Below the pieces are notes generated by a model. That model had not been told where the DNA came from and did no database searches. It saw only the letters and a list, made by a program, of their open reading frames with translations. From assembly GCA_050633305.1 (NCBI GenBank), contig JBOEGF010000015.1:96001-160000 (forward strand): DNA of 64,000 nt, given 5' to 3'. Every line of letters begins with the position of its first letter. The first letter of the stretch is position 1. The position numbers and the translations under genes are program-made. The stretch is from Nannocystales bacterium (lineage in GTDB: Bacteria > Myxococcota_A > Polyangia > Nannocystales > Nannocystaceae). Positions 28,519 through 37,636 of this stretch are shown piece by piece.

Positions 28519-29468
28519 CAGGCCCTCTTGAACGGGTTGCGACGCTTGCGGGAGTGGGGCGCAGCCGTGGTGTTCTCGTTGTCGCGCTCCACGACGTCAC
28601 GCCCTGGGGTCCCAATCACTAGGTCGTTCCAGAGGGAGACGTACTCGGCCTTTCGCTCCTCGACGAAGATCTCGGCGTCGCGGCTGCGCGGGTACAGCCC
28701 TTGTTGCGCGAAGTGGAGCAGGGTCCGACTGACCAGCAGGTCAAACCCCTGCGGCCCGGCCATGAACTTCTCCGGGTCGATGTTCTTTGCCCGAAGCCGA
28801 GTCGCGATCCGCTTCTCGGCGTGCTTGACCATCCGGGGCATGGATTGGGTCGAGCGCTCCAAAGCCTCCACCAACTCGGGCCAGTCCTCCGCGATGTCGG
28901 CCTCAACCGCCGCGGTGTAGCGCCCGACGCCGGTCCCCACGACGACCCGAGCCAACTCGGTGACCCGCCGGATTTGCCCACGGACGTGGAAGGTCCAGGA
29001 GAGCATCAGGGCGTTCTCGTCCTGCACCAGGTCGGTGTCGCTGGCGATCGGCTCCGGAATGTCCGCGGATAGCGTCACACCACGCAGGACTGAGCCCGTC
29101 GGGAAGTAGCCGCGCACCGGCGTGACCAACTCGGCGCTGGTCAGCGCAGTCTGGGCGACGAACACCCGCTCGCTCGCGCCGTCGTGGTCCTCGAGCACGT
29201 ACGCTCGGCCGGGGACAAGCCCGCTTGCCGGGAGCTCCAACTCGCGAGGGAATGGAAGTCCGGGGCCGATGTCGGTGGTGATAGGAACGGCCGTCGAATC
29301 GACTACCGCGTCCCCGGATGCGAGGACCCGCGCGTCGCTGTCCGGCTCCTCGTGCATGTCCTCCAGACTCCAAGCGGGAGCCGGCGAGGCGTCTGCCCTC
29401 TCGTCGGGGGTGAAGCTCAGCGTTTGAGCGCCACCCCCCGAGAGAATCTGCTGCATCCCGGGAGTCAT
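28518..29468 (-). CDS. Putative head-tail adaptor
   Basis: Position between capsid and tail; helical C-terminal half. Confidence 0.5.
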   Translation of the reverse strand: MTPGMQQILSGGGAQTLSFTPDERADASPAPAWSLEDMHEEPDSDARVLASGDAVVDSTAVPITTDIGPGLPFPRELELPASGLVPGRAYVLEDHDGASERVFVAQTALTSAELVTPVRGYFPTGSVLRGVTLSADIPEPIASDTDLVQDENALMLSWTFHVRGQIRRVTELARVVVGTGVGRYTAAVEADIAEDWPELVEALERSTQSMPRMVKHAEKRIATRLRAKNIDPEKFMAGPQGFDLLVSRTLLHFAQQGLYPRSRDAEIFVEERKAEYVSLWNDLVIGTPGRDVVERDNENTTAAPHSRKRRNPFKRA

Positions 29469-29695
29469 GCCGCCGCCTTGGTCATCGCGCGGCGAACCGC
29501 GACGACGGCCATCTCCCGGGCAAGCTCTTCGAGCTCAGCCATGCACAGCGACGCAAGCCGGTACCGCTGGCCACGGAAGGTAATGGTCTGGCAGACCTCC
29601 CGGTCCGCGAGCAACTCGGAGAGCTTCTTCTCCTCAAGTTTTCGGCGGGCGGCCATCCAGGTTCCCCCCTTCGTTTCCAGCGATTCGGTGCGCAT
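29465..29695 (-). CDS. Phage hypothetical protein
   Basis: AAGGA RBS; coupled to the next gene. Confidence 0.55.
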   Translation of the reverse strand: MRTESLETKGGTWMAARRKLEEKKLSELLADREVCQTITFRGQRYRLASLCMAELEELAREMAVVAVRRAMTKAAA

Positions 29696-29710
29696 TGGCT
29701 TGTCCTTCGT

Positions 29711-30175
29711 CTAGGTGGCGGACCCGGCCGAAGCCTCCGCTTTGAGTTCCGCCTTGAGTTCCGCCATCACCTCGGCCTTGAGGGATGCCTTGATCTCCGC
29801 TCGGAGGGCGGCTTCGTCGACCGCGACCTTCTTGCCTGGACGAGCCGAGGCTTTCAGCGATGCCTTGATCCGGTCCTTGCAGACCTTCGGAAGGAGCTTC
29901 TCGTCGAACTTCCCGCACTTGAACGGGTTCGCCTGCTCTGCCTTGAGATGCGCGTGGATCTTGTCGTAGGTCTCCTCGTTGACCTCATCGCTGAGAAACA
30001 ACCACCCAGCCTCGTCGGCCTCCTCGGTGAGCACGGTCTTCTTCCCGTTCTTCATCACCAACTTGCTACGCATGTTGGTCGCCTGCGTGACCTTCCGGAG
30101 TGTTCCGTTTGGTCCGATCAGGATGATGAAGTCGGGGGCCACGAGGGCGCTGCGTCGGTCTTCTTTTCTAGCCAC
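29711..30175 (-). CDS. Phage hypothetical protein (head module)
   Basis: AAGGA RBS, coding-like sequence, follows the capsid gene. Confidence 0.65.
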   Translation of the reverse strand: MARKEDRRSALVAPDFIILIGPNGTLRKVTQATNMRSKLVMKNGKKTVLTEEADEAGWLFLSDEVNEETYDKIHAHLKAEQANPFKCGKFDEKLLPKVCKDRIKASLKASARPGKKVAVDEAALRAEIKASLKAEVMAELKAELKAEASAGSAT

Positions 30176-30202
30176 TGTCTTTCCTTTCTTCCGCGTGAGG
30201 GG

Positions 30203-31069
30203 TTACGCGGCAGCCGGCGCCACGATGGCGTGGATTTCCGCCTCGTCGGTGATGACCCAGCCGTAGCGCGCGGAGAACGTGAGTTCCCAGTTCTTGCTAC
30301 CGGGCTGGTAGATGTCTTCGACAGTCATCGCTTCCCAGGACCGGAACGCGAGAGCGCCATAGTCCCCTTGGGAGAGCATTGCCCCTGTGCCGTTTCCGGC
30401 CGTGATCGGGGTGTTGTTCGAGACCCAGTAGTCCAACATCCCGCGACGTCCGACGTACCCCTGTCCGTAGCCCATCTGTTTCCGGATCTCCTCCGAGGCC
30501 CCAGCTCCGCCGAGGTAGGTTCCTCCGTTGGCTCGGATGTCGCGGTTGAGGTCGCGGATCTGGAACGGATGGAGGACGACGCCCCAGCTTTCGCTGTTGG
30601 GGTTTTGCACGACGAACTGCGCGAACACATCGTCGATGTCGTCTTCGGTGAGCGCCGCCCCGAACGTGGTCGAGTTCGTTGCCGACTCGAGCAAGGATGC
30701 TCCGTCGTTGTCGCCTCGCTGCACGAGGGCCTTCAGCGCGTTCCGAACCAGGATACGGAATGCGTCCAGGGTGGCGTCGTAGTTCAGCTCCCTTGAGAAG
30801 TTGTCGGAGAAACCGACGTACCCAGCGGCCAGGTTGTGCGAGCTCATCGACTGGCCAGCAAAGGCGAACGCCGCCCCCTCAGCCTTGGTGCCCGCCGGCA
30901 CGGTAGGCAGGCCCAGCCCTGTGAATCGGACGTTCGGGCCATGTCCCTGTCCGACCCCCTCGGCCCACGCGAGCGAAAGGAAAACAGGCTTGGGAACGTG
31001 GGCCTCGATGATGGCCTGCTGCTGGTCTTCGGTCGGAATGATGTCTGCGAAATCGACGATCGTAGTCAC
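30203..31069 (-). CDS. Major capsid protein
   Basis: 288 aa after the scaffold; VVLHPFQ..DL and RYG patterns typical of HK97-fold coats; AGGAG RBS. Confidence 0.8.
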   Translation of the reverse strand: MTTIVDFADIIPTEDQQQAIIEAHVPKPVFLSLAWAEGVGQGHGPNVRFTGLGLPTVPAGTKAEGAAFAFAGQSMSSHNLAAGYVGFSDNFSRELNYDATLDAFRILVRNALKALVQRGDNDGASLLESATNSTTFGAALTEDDIDDVFAQFVVQNPNSESWGVVLHPFQIRDLNRDIRANGGTYLGGAGASEEIRKQMGYGQGYVGRRGMLDYWVSNNTPITAGNGTGAMLSQGDYGALAFRSWEAMTVEDIYQPGSKNWELTFSARYGWVITDEAEIHAIVAPAAA

Positions 31070-31081
31070 GGTTCTGTGCTC

Positions 31082-31717
31082 CTAGAAAAGCCGCTCGCCC
31101 TTCTTGTCTCGAACGCCGCCCTGGCCCTCAGTCTTGACCTTCCCGTTCTTCGTCTTCGGCAGCACGGGCATCCGCTCTTGCGTCCGCTTCTCGAAGTAGT
31201 CGGGGTTGTCAGACTTCAGGATTTCGACGGCCTTCGCGACAATGGGTGCGCGGTCTTCGGTTGAGAAGTCGAGTCCCTCCGCCTGCAGGGCGTTGACGAC
31301 TCGCTTCGCGGTTTTCGATCCTTGGTGGTCGGCGTGCAGCTCACCGAGAATCGCGTCGGTCGTGGCGGAGATCCGGTCCCTCCGCTCTGCCTTCGCGATC
31401 TTCTCCTCGGCCTTCTTGTTGCTCTCCTCGAGGGCCGCCAGGCGTTCGCCGAGAGACTTCCGTTTCCGGATGCCATCGTCTCGGTCCCTCGTGACGTTGT
31501 CCTTGTCCTTTTTCAGGTCTTGGATCTTTGCGTCTTGCTCAGCAACCTTCGCTCGGAGCTGCTCCAGCTCTTCGGTATCCCCCGAATCGCTGTCATCACC
31601 GGTCGACGTATCCCCGCCGCCGGCTTGAGTATTGGAGCCACTGCCGGTATCCCCCGACCCGTCTCCCGTATTCGACTCGCCGGTATCCCCCGACTCGTCG
31701 CCGCTGTTCACTTGCAT
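31082..31717 (-). CDS. Capsid scaffolding protein
   Basis: Acidic G/D/S N-terminus plus coiled coil, between portal and capsid. Confidence 0.75.
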   Translation of the reverse strand: MQVNSGDESGDTGESNTGDGSGDTGSGSNTQAGGGDTSTGDDSDSGDTEELEQLRAKVAEQDAKIQDLKKDKDNVTRDRDDGIRKRKSLGERLAALEESNKKAEEKIAKAERRDRISATTDAILGELHADHQGSKTAKRVVNALQAEGLDFSTEDRAPIVAKAVEILKSDNPDYFEKRTQERMPVLPKTKNGKVKTEGQGGVRDKKGERLF

Positions 31718-31746
31718 GCGGTCAACGTGAGACCGCGCGAGCGACG

Positions 31747-33279
31747 CTACTCCGCCGCGGATTGGTCGGCCGATGACGCGCGCCCACCGAATCGGCCCGT
31801 CTTCTGCTCGTCCGACTCCCCAACGAGTCCGGGGTCTCCTTCGAGGTTGCCGTCTCCGGGCGTCTGTCGTGACGCCCGGATCTCGTTCATCTCGGCCTGG
31901 CGCTCCTGCAACTCTTTCACGCGCTCCCTCGCCTCCTCTTCGGACACGCCGAAGAGCTCCGCGTAGAAGCCAACCGCGTCGCCGACACCCAGCGCAATCC
32001 GTTGTTTCCAGATCTCGTTCCGCTCCTTCGGCGTCTCGAGGAACGGCAGTTGCTTGAACTCCGAATCGAACTGGTCCCGGGCGAGCTCGGGTGAGATCGC
32101 CTCCGGCATCCGCAGCCGTGTCGACATCGCAGCAACGACCTCGGCCATGTCCTCCTCGAAGGCCTCAAGGGTCTCAACGATGTTGCCGTGTGCCTCGCTT
32201 GAAGCCGCGTGGAGTTGATTGGCTGCGGCAGCCGGGTTCTGCATCAGGGAGGGGTTTGGCGTCGCCGGGGCCCCCGTCAACTGCTCGAAAGCTCGGCGGT
32301 CGAGCTCGTCGATGTGCGAGAGGAACTCCGTCACTGCGGTGTTGATGTCGTTCACCAAGAACTGGACCTCGCCAGTCAGGACGCTCACGGCCTCGGGGTC
32401 GTGGAGCGTCTGTCCTTCCGGAGCGCCGTCCTCTTCCGCCTCTTCGTCTTCGCCGTCGAAGATCATCGTCAGAAGCTTTCGGCACTGGCTCTTTCGAGTC
32501 CAACCCATCGTCGCGGCGATGAAGCCAACCTCCGCCGTCGTCTTCGTCATTCCCTTGCCGTCGAGGTGGTTGAACGCGTCGTTCTCGGTGGCGTCGTTGT
32601 GGTCCATCCACGCGCCGGGGAATCGACCCAGCCCGTGCTCGAAGGTCAGCTCCTCGATGATGCGGTCCTGCGCATCGAATACGGTGTACCAGCGAGAGTC
32701 CACCATCATCGTGCGCCGCTCGAACGGCCTCGTCGGGTCCTCTGGCGGGAGAAGCACACCGAGCACTCCCGGGGGGTGGTCGTTCGTCGTCCCAGGCTCC
32801 TCGATGACCTCAGCGTTTGCGCCGGTGATGAACCGAAGCCCAACCGTGGGCCCCTTGCGGTCCCGGAGGGGTTCGGCCAGGACGAGGCCGCGGTTCGTTG
32901 CCACGCTCATGGTGTGGAAGCGCTGGGCATGCTTGTTGAAGCGGATCCGGCGATACAGGTCGGTCAGTAGTTTCGACTGCGCCTTGTTCTTCTTGATTTT
33001 CCGCGTCGGCCTGCGCTTGTAGCCGACGGCGATACGGCGGACGGCCACCTTTTGCGGGTTGAACAGGCCGATCGCCCACCGAGACACCTCGGCCGCAATC
33101 TCGGGCTGGTGGTAGACGTCCATGACTCGGCGCCGGATGAGGTAGTCGAAGTCGTCGGTCTGAATCGCGACGCGGTCGGCGATCTCCTGGCGTCGGTCCT
33201 TCGTTCGCTGCGGCTGGCGGATCTCCGAAAGGAACTCCACCCGTTCACGCTCGGACATGTCTTCGATCGTCATCGTCAT
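31747..33279 (-). CDS. Portal protein
   Basis: 510 aa directly after terL, ATGA overlap. Confidence 0.8.
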   Translation of the reverse strand: MTMTIEDMSERERVEFLSEIRQPQRTKDRRQEIADRVAIQTDDFDYLIRRRVMDVYHQPEIAAEVSRWAIGLFNPQKVAVRRIAVGYKRRPTRKIKKNKAQSKLLTDLYRRIRFNKHAQRFHTMSVATNRGLVLAEPLRDRKGPTVGLRFITGANAEVIEEPGTTNDHPPGVLGVLLPPEDPTRPFERRTMMVDSRWYTVFDAQDRIIEELTFEHGLGRFPGAWMDHNDATENDAFNHLDGKGMTKTTAEVGFIAATMGWTRKSQCRKLLTMIFDGEDEEAEEDGAPEGQTLHDPEAVSVLTGEVQFLVNDINTAVTEFLSHIDELDRRAFEQLTGAPATPNPSLMQNPAAAANQLHAASSEAHGNIVETLEAFEEDMAEVVAAMSTRLRMPEAISPELARDQFDSEFKQLPFLETPKERNEIWKQRIALGVGDAVGFYAELFGVSEEEARERVKELQERQAEMNEIRASRQTPGDGNLEGDPGLVGESDEQKTGRFGGRASSADQSAAE

Positions 33280-35087
33280 TGTGCTCTCGCTCCCACGGCC
33301 TTTCCGTTGACCGTGTTCTTCTTTTTCTTCCGAACTTTGAACCGCTCGAAGACTCTCCACGCCACGTACCGGCATGCGTCCTCGAGGTTGTAGACCTCGC
33401 GGTCCAGCCAGGACCCCGCGTCCTTCTTGAGCTTGCGTCTGTTTGGCGCCTTCGCCATGGCGTTGACGAAGCGGGGACACCGGCCCGCGATGATGAAGAA
33501 CTGCCCCTCTCGAATCAGCTCCCGGATAAGGGTCCGAGAAGCACCGATCCCGGGATTCGAGTACGTCGTCTTTCGGGTCTTCGTGTTCTTGATGTGAATC
33601 GGGGCAACCGCTTTGAACTTCTCGTCCTCGTAGTAGAACTTGTCGAAGTGCTTCGATTCCTGGCCGCCGTACTTGTGCAGTGAGTGGAACCCGTTGCAGT
33701 CAGCGACGACGACGGACCCCGCATACTGGCCGTTGTTGCGGCGCCTCAACTCGCGGGCGGCCTCCTTCGCGTCTGCCTTGCTCGTGATGAGTTCGTCGAC
33801 CGCGACCATCTTCCACGTCGAGGGGTCTCCCTGCTCGCCGAAGAACTTGAACACGAGGCGCGTCTGCGGCTGCCAGTTGAAGTCGACGCCGATGATGTAG
33901 TCCCCGACCTTCTTGGCGCACGTCGACCGTGACACGTGCCGGGTGATGTCCGCGCCGAACCCCCAGGACTCGTAGTCCTCGCTCGAGTAATCCCGCTCAT
34001 GCAGCGCCGGGTCGTAGACATCGCTGTAGGCGTACAGCCCTCGCATCGTCCACCGGCCATAGATCTTCTGCTCTTTGACGATCGGGTCCGTCTCGTTGTC
34101 CTCGCGGCGCTTGATCGCCTCGTCCGGGATCCACGGGTTCTCGTAGCCGTTCAGCGTCAGCATTCGGACGCCGGGGACGGCCCACTGCTTTTGGCGCTCG
34201 GCTTCAGAGACCACCTTCTCGTACAGCCACGGCGCGTTGTCATCGGGAACACTCGCCACGATGACCTGCCCCATGTCGCCCATGACCCGACCGCGGATGA
34301 CATCAAATGCGTCCGAGTCCTCAATCAGCCGAGCCTCATCGAACAGGATGCAGATTGCCGCCTCTCCCTCGAGGTGGCCACCCCCGCCCCGTGCGTGGAA
34401 GGCCTCGATCACGGTGCCGTCTCGGTGGCGCCACTTCAGCGACTGGGCTTTCTCGTCCTTCGGCAGACGGTCCGCGACGAAGGCCGACTTCCGTAGCCCG
34501 TACTCGTCGCGCCCACGCGTTGGGAAAAGCGCTGGTGTTCCTGCTCGGCCGCGGTAGATGGCTTCAGCAAGTCGCCATGCGTTGGCCCTCTGTGGACCCA
34601 CGAGCCATGAGCGTCGCCCCTCGCCTCCGAACTTCATTGTCCGGCGCTGCCACTTCTGCATGGCGACGTACGACTTCCCCGACCGCCATCCGCCCGAGAA
34701 GTAGGTTGTCTCGGTCTTCTCTTCCTGAATGATGGCGATCCGCGACTGGGGCGTCTTGAACTGCACACGAAGTTCCGCCACGTGTCCCGTACAGGTCTCG
34801 TACGGCTCCGCCATTGCAGCGAACCGCCCGACACGTTCCATCGCCTCCGGCGAGTCCCAGGCGTTGATTCTCGCCATGGTCTTTGTGTCGATCAGGTACG
34901 AGAAGTCGTGGATGACCTCGAGCCCGCGAACCTTCGGGTCTCCGGTCAGCGGGCACACGTAGCCGTGCCGGTCGTTCGGCTCCACCGGAATGAGCTCGAC
35001 GACGACGTACAGGAACCGAGGCTCGCGGAAGTGTTGCTCGAGCGCCCGTCGCTTCGCCGCGAGACTCTGGTTCTCCCCCCAGGACAT
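33276..35087 (-). CDS. terL: Terminase large subunit
   Basis: Walker A GGWRSGKS, Walker B ILFDEA, ENPWI, nuclease IIGVDFN, DACRY. Confidence 0.92.
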   Translation of the reverse strand: MSWGENQSLAAKRRALEQHFREPRFLYVVVELIPVEPNDRHGYVCPLTGDPKVRGLEVIHDFSYLIDTKTMARINAWDSPEAMERVGRFAAMAEPYETCTGHVAELRVQFKTPQSRIAIIQEEKTETTYFSGGWRSGKSYVAMQKWQRRTMKFGGEGRRSWLVGPQRANAWRLAEAIYRGRAGTPALFPTRGRDEYGLRKSAFVADRLPKDEKAQSLKWRHRDGTVIEAFHARGGGGHLEGEAAICILFDEARLIEDSDAFDVIRGRVMGDMGQVIVASVPDDNAPWLYEKVVSEAERQKQWAVPGVRMLTLNGYENPWIPDEAIKRREDNETDPIVKEQKIYGRWTMRGLYAYSDVYDPALHERDYSSEDYESWGFGADITRHVSRSTCAKKVGDYIIGVDFNWQPQTRLVFKFFGEQGDPSTWKMVAVDELITSKADAKEAARELRRRNNGQYAGSVVVADCNGFHSLHKYGGQESKHFDKFYYEDEKFKAVAPIHIKNTKTRKTTYSNPGIGASRTLIRELIREGQFFIIAGRCPRFVNAMAKAPNRRKLKKDAGSWLDREVYNLEDACRYVAWRVFERFKVRKKKKNTVNGKAVGARAQ

Positions 35088-35411
35088 CTACTGAATCGGC
35101 GCGTGGAAGGACTCCGCCAGCGCGTCGCCCTCTTCCCGGCGACGATCGAGGTCCTGCAGGGTGTTGTCGTTCTTCGCCTTGTCCGCCTGCATCGCGGCCC
35201 GGACGAACTTGTCGACGTTCGCGTACAGCTTCGCCGCCTCGGAGGTGTCGTTCGCCTCCCTCGCGCGGTGCAGCACGTGCTCCGCCGCGTCGATGAGAGC
35301 CCGGCCGGACTTCGAGATCCGTTCTTCCCGAAGCTCGTTCGCCCAGTTCGTGACCTGGGCGCGGGTTTGCAGCGGCCGCGAGTCCCGGGCGGCCGTCTTC
35401 TTCGCGGTCAT
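35088..35411 (-). CDS. Putative terminase small subunit
   Basis: 107 aa helical protein adjacent to terL. Confidence 0.6.
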   Translation of the reverse strand: MTAKKTAARDSRPLQTRAQVTNWANELREERISKSGRALIDAAEHVLHRAREANDTSEAAKLYANVDKFVRAAMQADKAKNDNTLQDLDRRREEGDALAESFHAPIQ

Positions 35412-36067
35412 CGGAGCACCTCGGGGAGCAGCCCGGAGCGAACTCGGGGGGTTGCGAACGTCCGCACGTCGCCGAACCCCTGGTTCACGGCCTGGTCAAA
35501 CAGCCGCTGCAGCTCCTGGCCTGCGGTCCCCCGGACGCTCTGGAAGTCGACCGGCTGCTTTCGGTTGAGTAGGTTCTGGATGGTGAATGCCCGCCCGTTC
35601 TCCCCACCGTGCTCGTGCGGGGGGCGCGGCCCAGCGTCGCCACCGTACGGCTTGAGCTTCCGGGAGCTCGAGATCGTGCTGCCCCGGATCTTGCCCAGCC
35701 ACCAGTGAGCGGCCATGTACCCGGACCGAAACCCGAGCCGGTCCGAACGACGCGCCCCGAACTTGGGGGTCTTCGACGCGACCCGCTCCAAGGGCCCGCG
35801 ACCGTCCGCGCGGCGGCCAAGGGTGAGCTGGCGCCCGAAGTACGCCCCCATCCCGAGGGTGACGTGCTCGACCATCTTGCGCATGTCGAGGTCGAAGGCC
35901 AGTTCCTTGTGGACCGTCAGCCGGAGCGCGAACCCGTTCTTGAGCGGCCCGCCCCCCGCTGCCTTCGAGGCCTTCCGGGCCCGCTCTTTGCTCAGGATGA
36001 CGCCCTCAGCCGGGCCCTTCCGCGCTTTTCGGCGGCGGGTGCCCGATTGCGAGATGTGCGCGGCCAT
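35408..36067 (-). CDS. Basic phage protein, possibly neck/morphogenesis
   Basis: Coupled to terS; function is a weak guess. Confidence 0.45.
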   Translation of the reverse strand: MAAHISQSGTRRRKARKGPAEGVILSKERARKASKAAGGGPLKNGFALRLTVHKELAFDLDMRKMVEHVTLGMGAYFGRQLTLGRRADGRGPLERVASKTPKFGARRSDRLGFRSGYMAAHWWLGKIRGSTISSSRKLKPYGGDAGPRPPHEHGGENGRAFTIQNLLNRKQPVDFQSVRGTAGQELQRLFDQAVNQGFGDVRTFATPRVRSGLLPEVLR

Positions 36068-36222
36068 CCTGGTCAAGCTGACCTAGCGCGCCCGACGCTT
36101 TTCGGGAGGTGCGCGCATTTTTTCATCCCTGGGTGCCCGGGCTCGGGACCCCACCCCCCTACCCGAGCCAAGGGGGAGCCCCCCACGTCCTCCCTGCTGC
36201 GTCCTCGCCCTGTTGTCGTCCA

Positions 36223-36819
36223 CTAGGGCTTGGGACCGGCGCAACACGGTAGATGCCAGGCGCTCACCAGCCCAAGCGCCGCCATGGTACCGCCGGCGTG
36301 CAGCGTCACAGGCTTGAGCTCGCACATGAACTCGCCACTGGCCCTGTCCACGATTCGGAGCACCTCTCGTCCCATTCGTCCTGAGGCATACAGCCCGTCG
36401 AGGAAGCCGAGTGTGTAGCCACGAATGCCACGGATGACCGTCACCCACTCGCCGTCCCGCAACTGCTGAGCGTCAAACGCCCGGCTCCTCTTACGTTCAC
36501 GCATCGCCCCCATCACGAACCCGGCCTTCTCGTAGACGGATTCAGGGATGAAGGCTACGCGCGCTCCCTCGCTGACCAAGACCATTCGTGTGTCCTCGGG
36601 TCGCACCTCGTCGATGGCTGGCAGGTTGTCACCAAGCCCCACCTCGATCTCATCGTTGGGCTCGAAGTGCCATGCTGCGCCGTACAGTTCGCCGCACACC
36701 ACGATTGCGTTGCATGGCTTGCCATCGACCTCATGGAGAGGCACGACGATCGCTTCCATGTCACCGCACACGAAGCGGTCACCGTCCGACAACTCTACGA
36801 ACTTGACTCTCTTCAGCAT
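36223..36819 (-). CDS. Phage hypothetical protein
   Basis: MLKRVKF..., preceded by the late-promoter-like motif. Confidence 0.6.
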   Translation of the reverse strand: MLKRVKFVELSDGDRFVCGDMEAIVVPLHEVDGKPCNAIVVCGELYGAAWHFEPNDEIEVGLGDNLPAIDEVRPEDTRMVLVSEGARVAFIPESVYEKAGFVMGAMRERKRSRAFDAQQLRDGEWVTVIRGIRGYTLGFLDGLYASGRMGREVLRIVDRASGEFMCELKPVTLHAGGTMAALGLVSAWHLPCCAGPKP

Positions 36820-37013
36820 GCGCCCACCCTGCGAGCGCGCAAAAAGCGGCCCCACGTGCTGGCCCGTCATCTCCTAAGACCCGCGGGTCAGAGTCCACGG
36901 TATGCACGTGAGGCCTACCTGTCGCCGCCGGTGTCCCTTGGGAGCCTGCTTGCGTACGCGCGGAACGACGACCAGGTGGACACACCCTGTCCGTGCGCGC
37001 TTCTCACCAGTCG

Positions 37014-37328
37014 TCAGCCCAGTTCAGCCTTGAGCCGCGCTGTCTTGCCGCCCCGGCGGCCCAGATCGACGACCATCCCATCCGCGCCGGCCAGTGACTC
37101 GCCGACTTTTGCCCACCCTTGGTCAAGCATCCCCTGTTTGAACGTGGGCGACTCGTCGACGCACCATGGGCGGGGTCTTGGGACGGACTCGACGCGATAC
37201 TTGGCCACGACCTCAGCCTCCCATGCGCGGTCACAACCTGCAACACCACCCCCCGCTGTTCCCCCTCTGCGACCGTCTGCCACTGGCGCATGTCCGGTTT
37301 TGTGCACGCTTCGTATGTGCGGCTTCAC
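37014..37328 (-). CDS. Phage hypothetical protein
   Basis: GTGA overlap with the upstream gene; C-terminal GRRGGKT. Confidence 0.4.
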   Translation of the reverse strand: MKPHIRSVHKTGHAPVADGRRGGTAGGGVAGCDRAWEAEVVAKYRVESVPRPRPWCVDESPTFKQGMLDQGWAKVGESLAGADGMVVDLGRRGGKTARLKAELG

Positions 37329-37615
37329 ATCAGCTTCCTGTTGAAGGTCGCGTCGGGGTGCAAGAACGGCACGTACGCGTTCGGGGCCTCGACGGGCGGT
37401 TCGTCGGCAGGAGCGGGCTCTCCGTACGCCTCCTGCAGCGCCTTCACTGCCTTCGCCACGTGCCAGCGAAAACGACTCCTGCTGATCGGGCACTTCTCCA
37501 CGCCCGCGGCCTCCAAGACCGGCTTGATCTTCTTGGCGTAGTGCTTCTTCGTCACGCCGATGTGGCGCGCAAACTCCATCGGGCTGAGCCAGGCTGGGTT
37601 CCTTGGGGCTGTCAT
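37325..37615 (-). CDS. Small HTH DNA-binding protein (excisionase/AlpA-like)
   Basis: WLSPMEFARHIGVT...RFRW. Confidence 0.6.
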   Translation of the reverse strand: MTAPRNPAWLSPMEFARHIGVTKKHYAKKIKPVLEAAGVEKCPISRSRFRWHVAKAVKALQEAYGEPAPADEPPVEAPNAYVPFLHPDATFNRKLM

Positions 37616-37636
37616 GGGGCGATGTTGGCCCCGCGC

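Noticed and set aside
31570..31700. Three CGGTATCCCCCGA repeats as a CRISPR-like array
   Set aside because: Short, unevenly spaced and encode SGDT repeats of the scaffold protein; no cas genes
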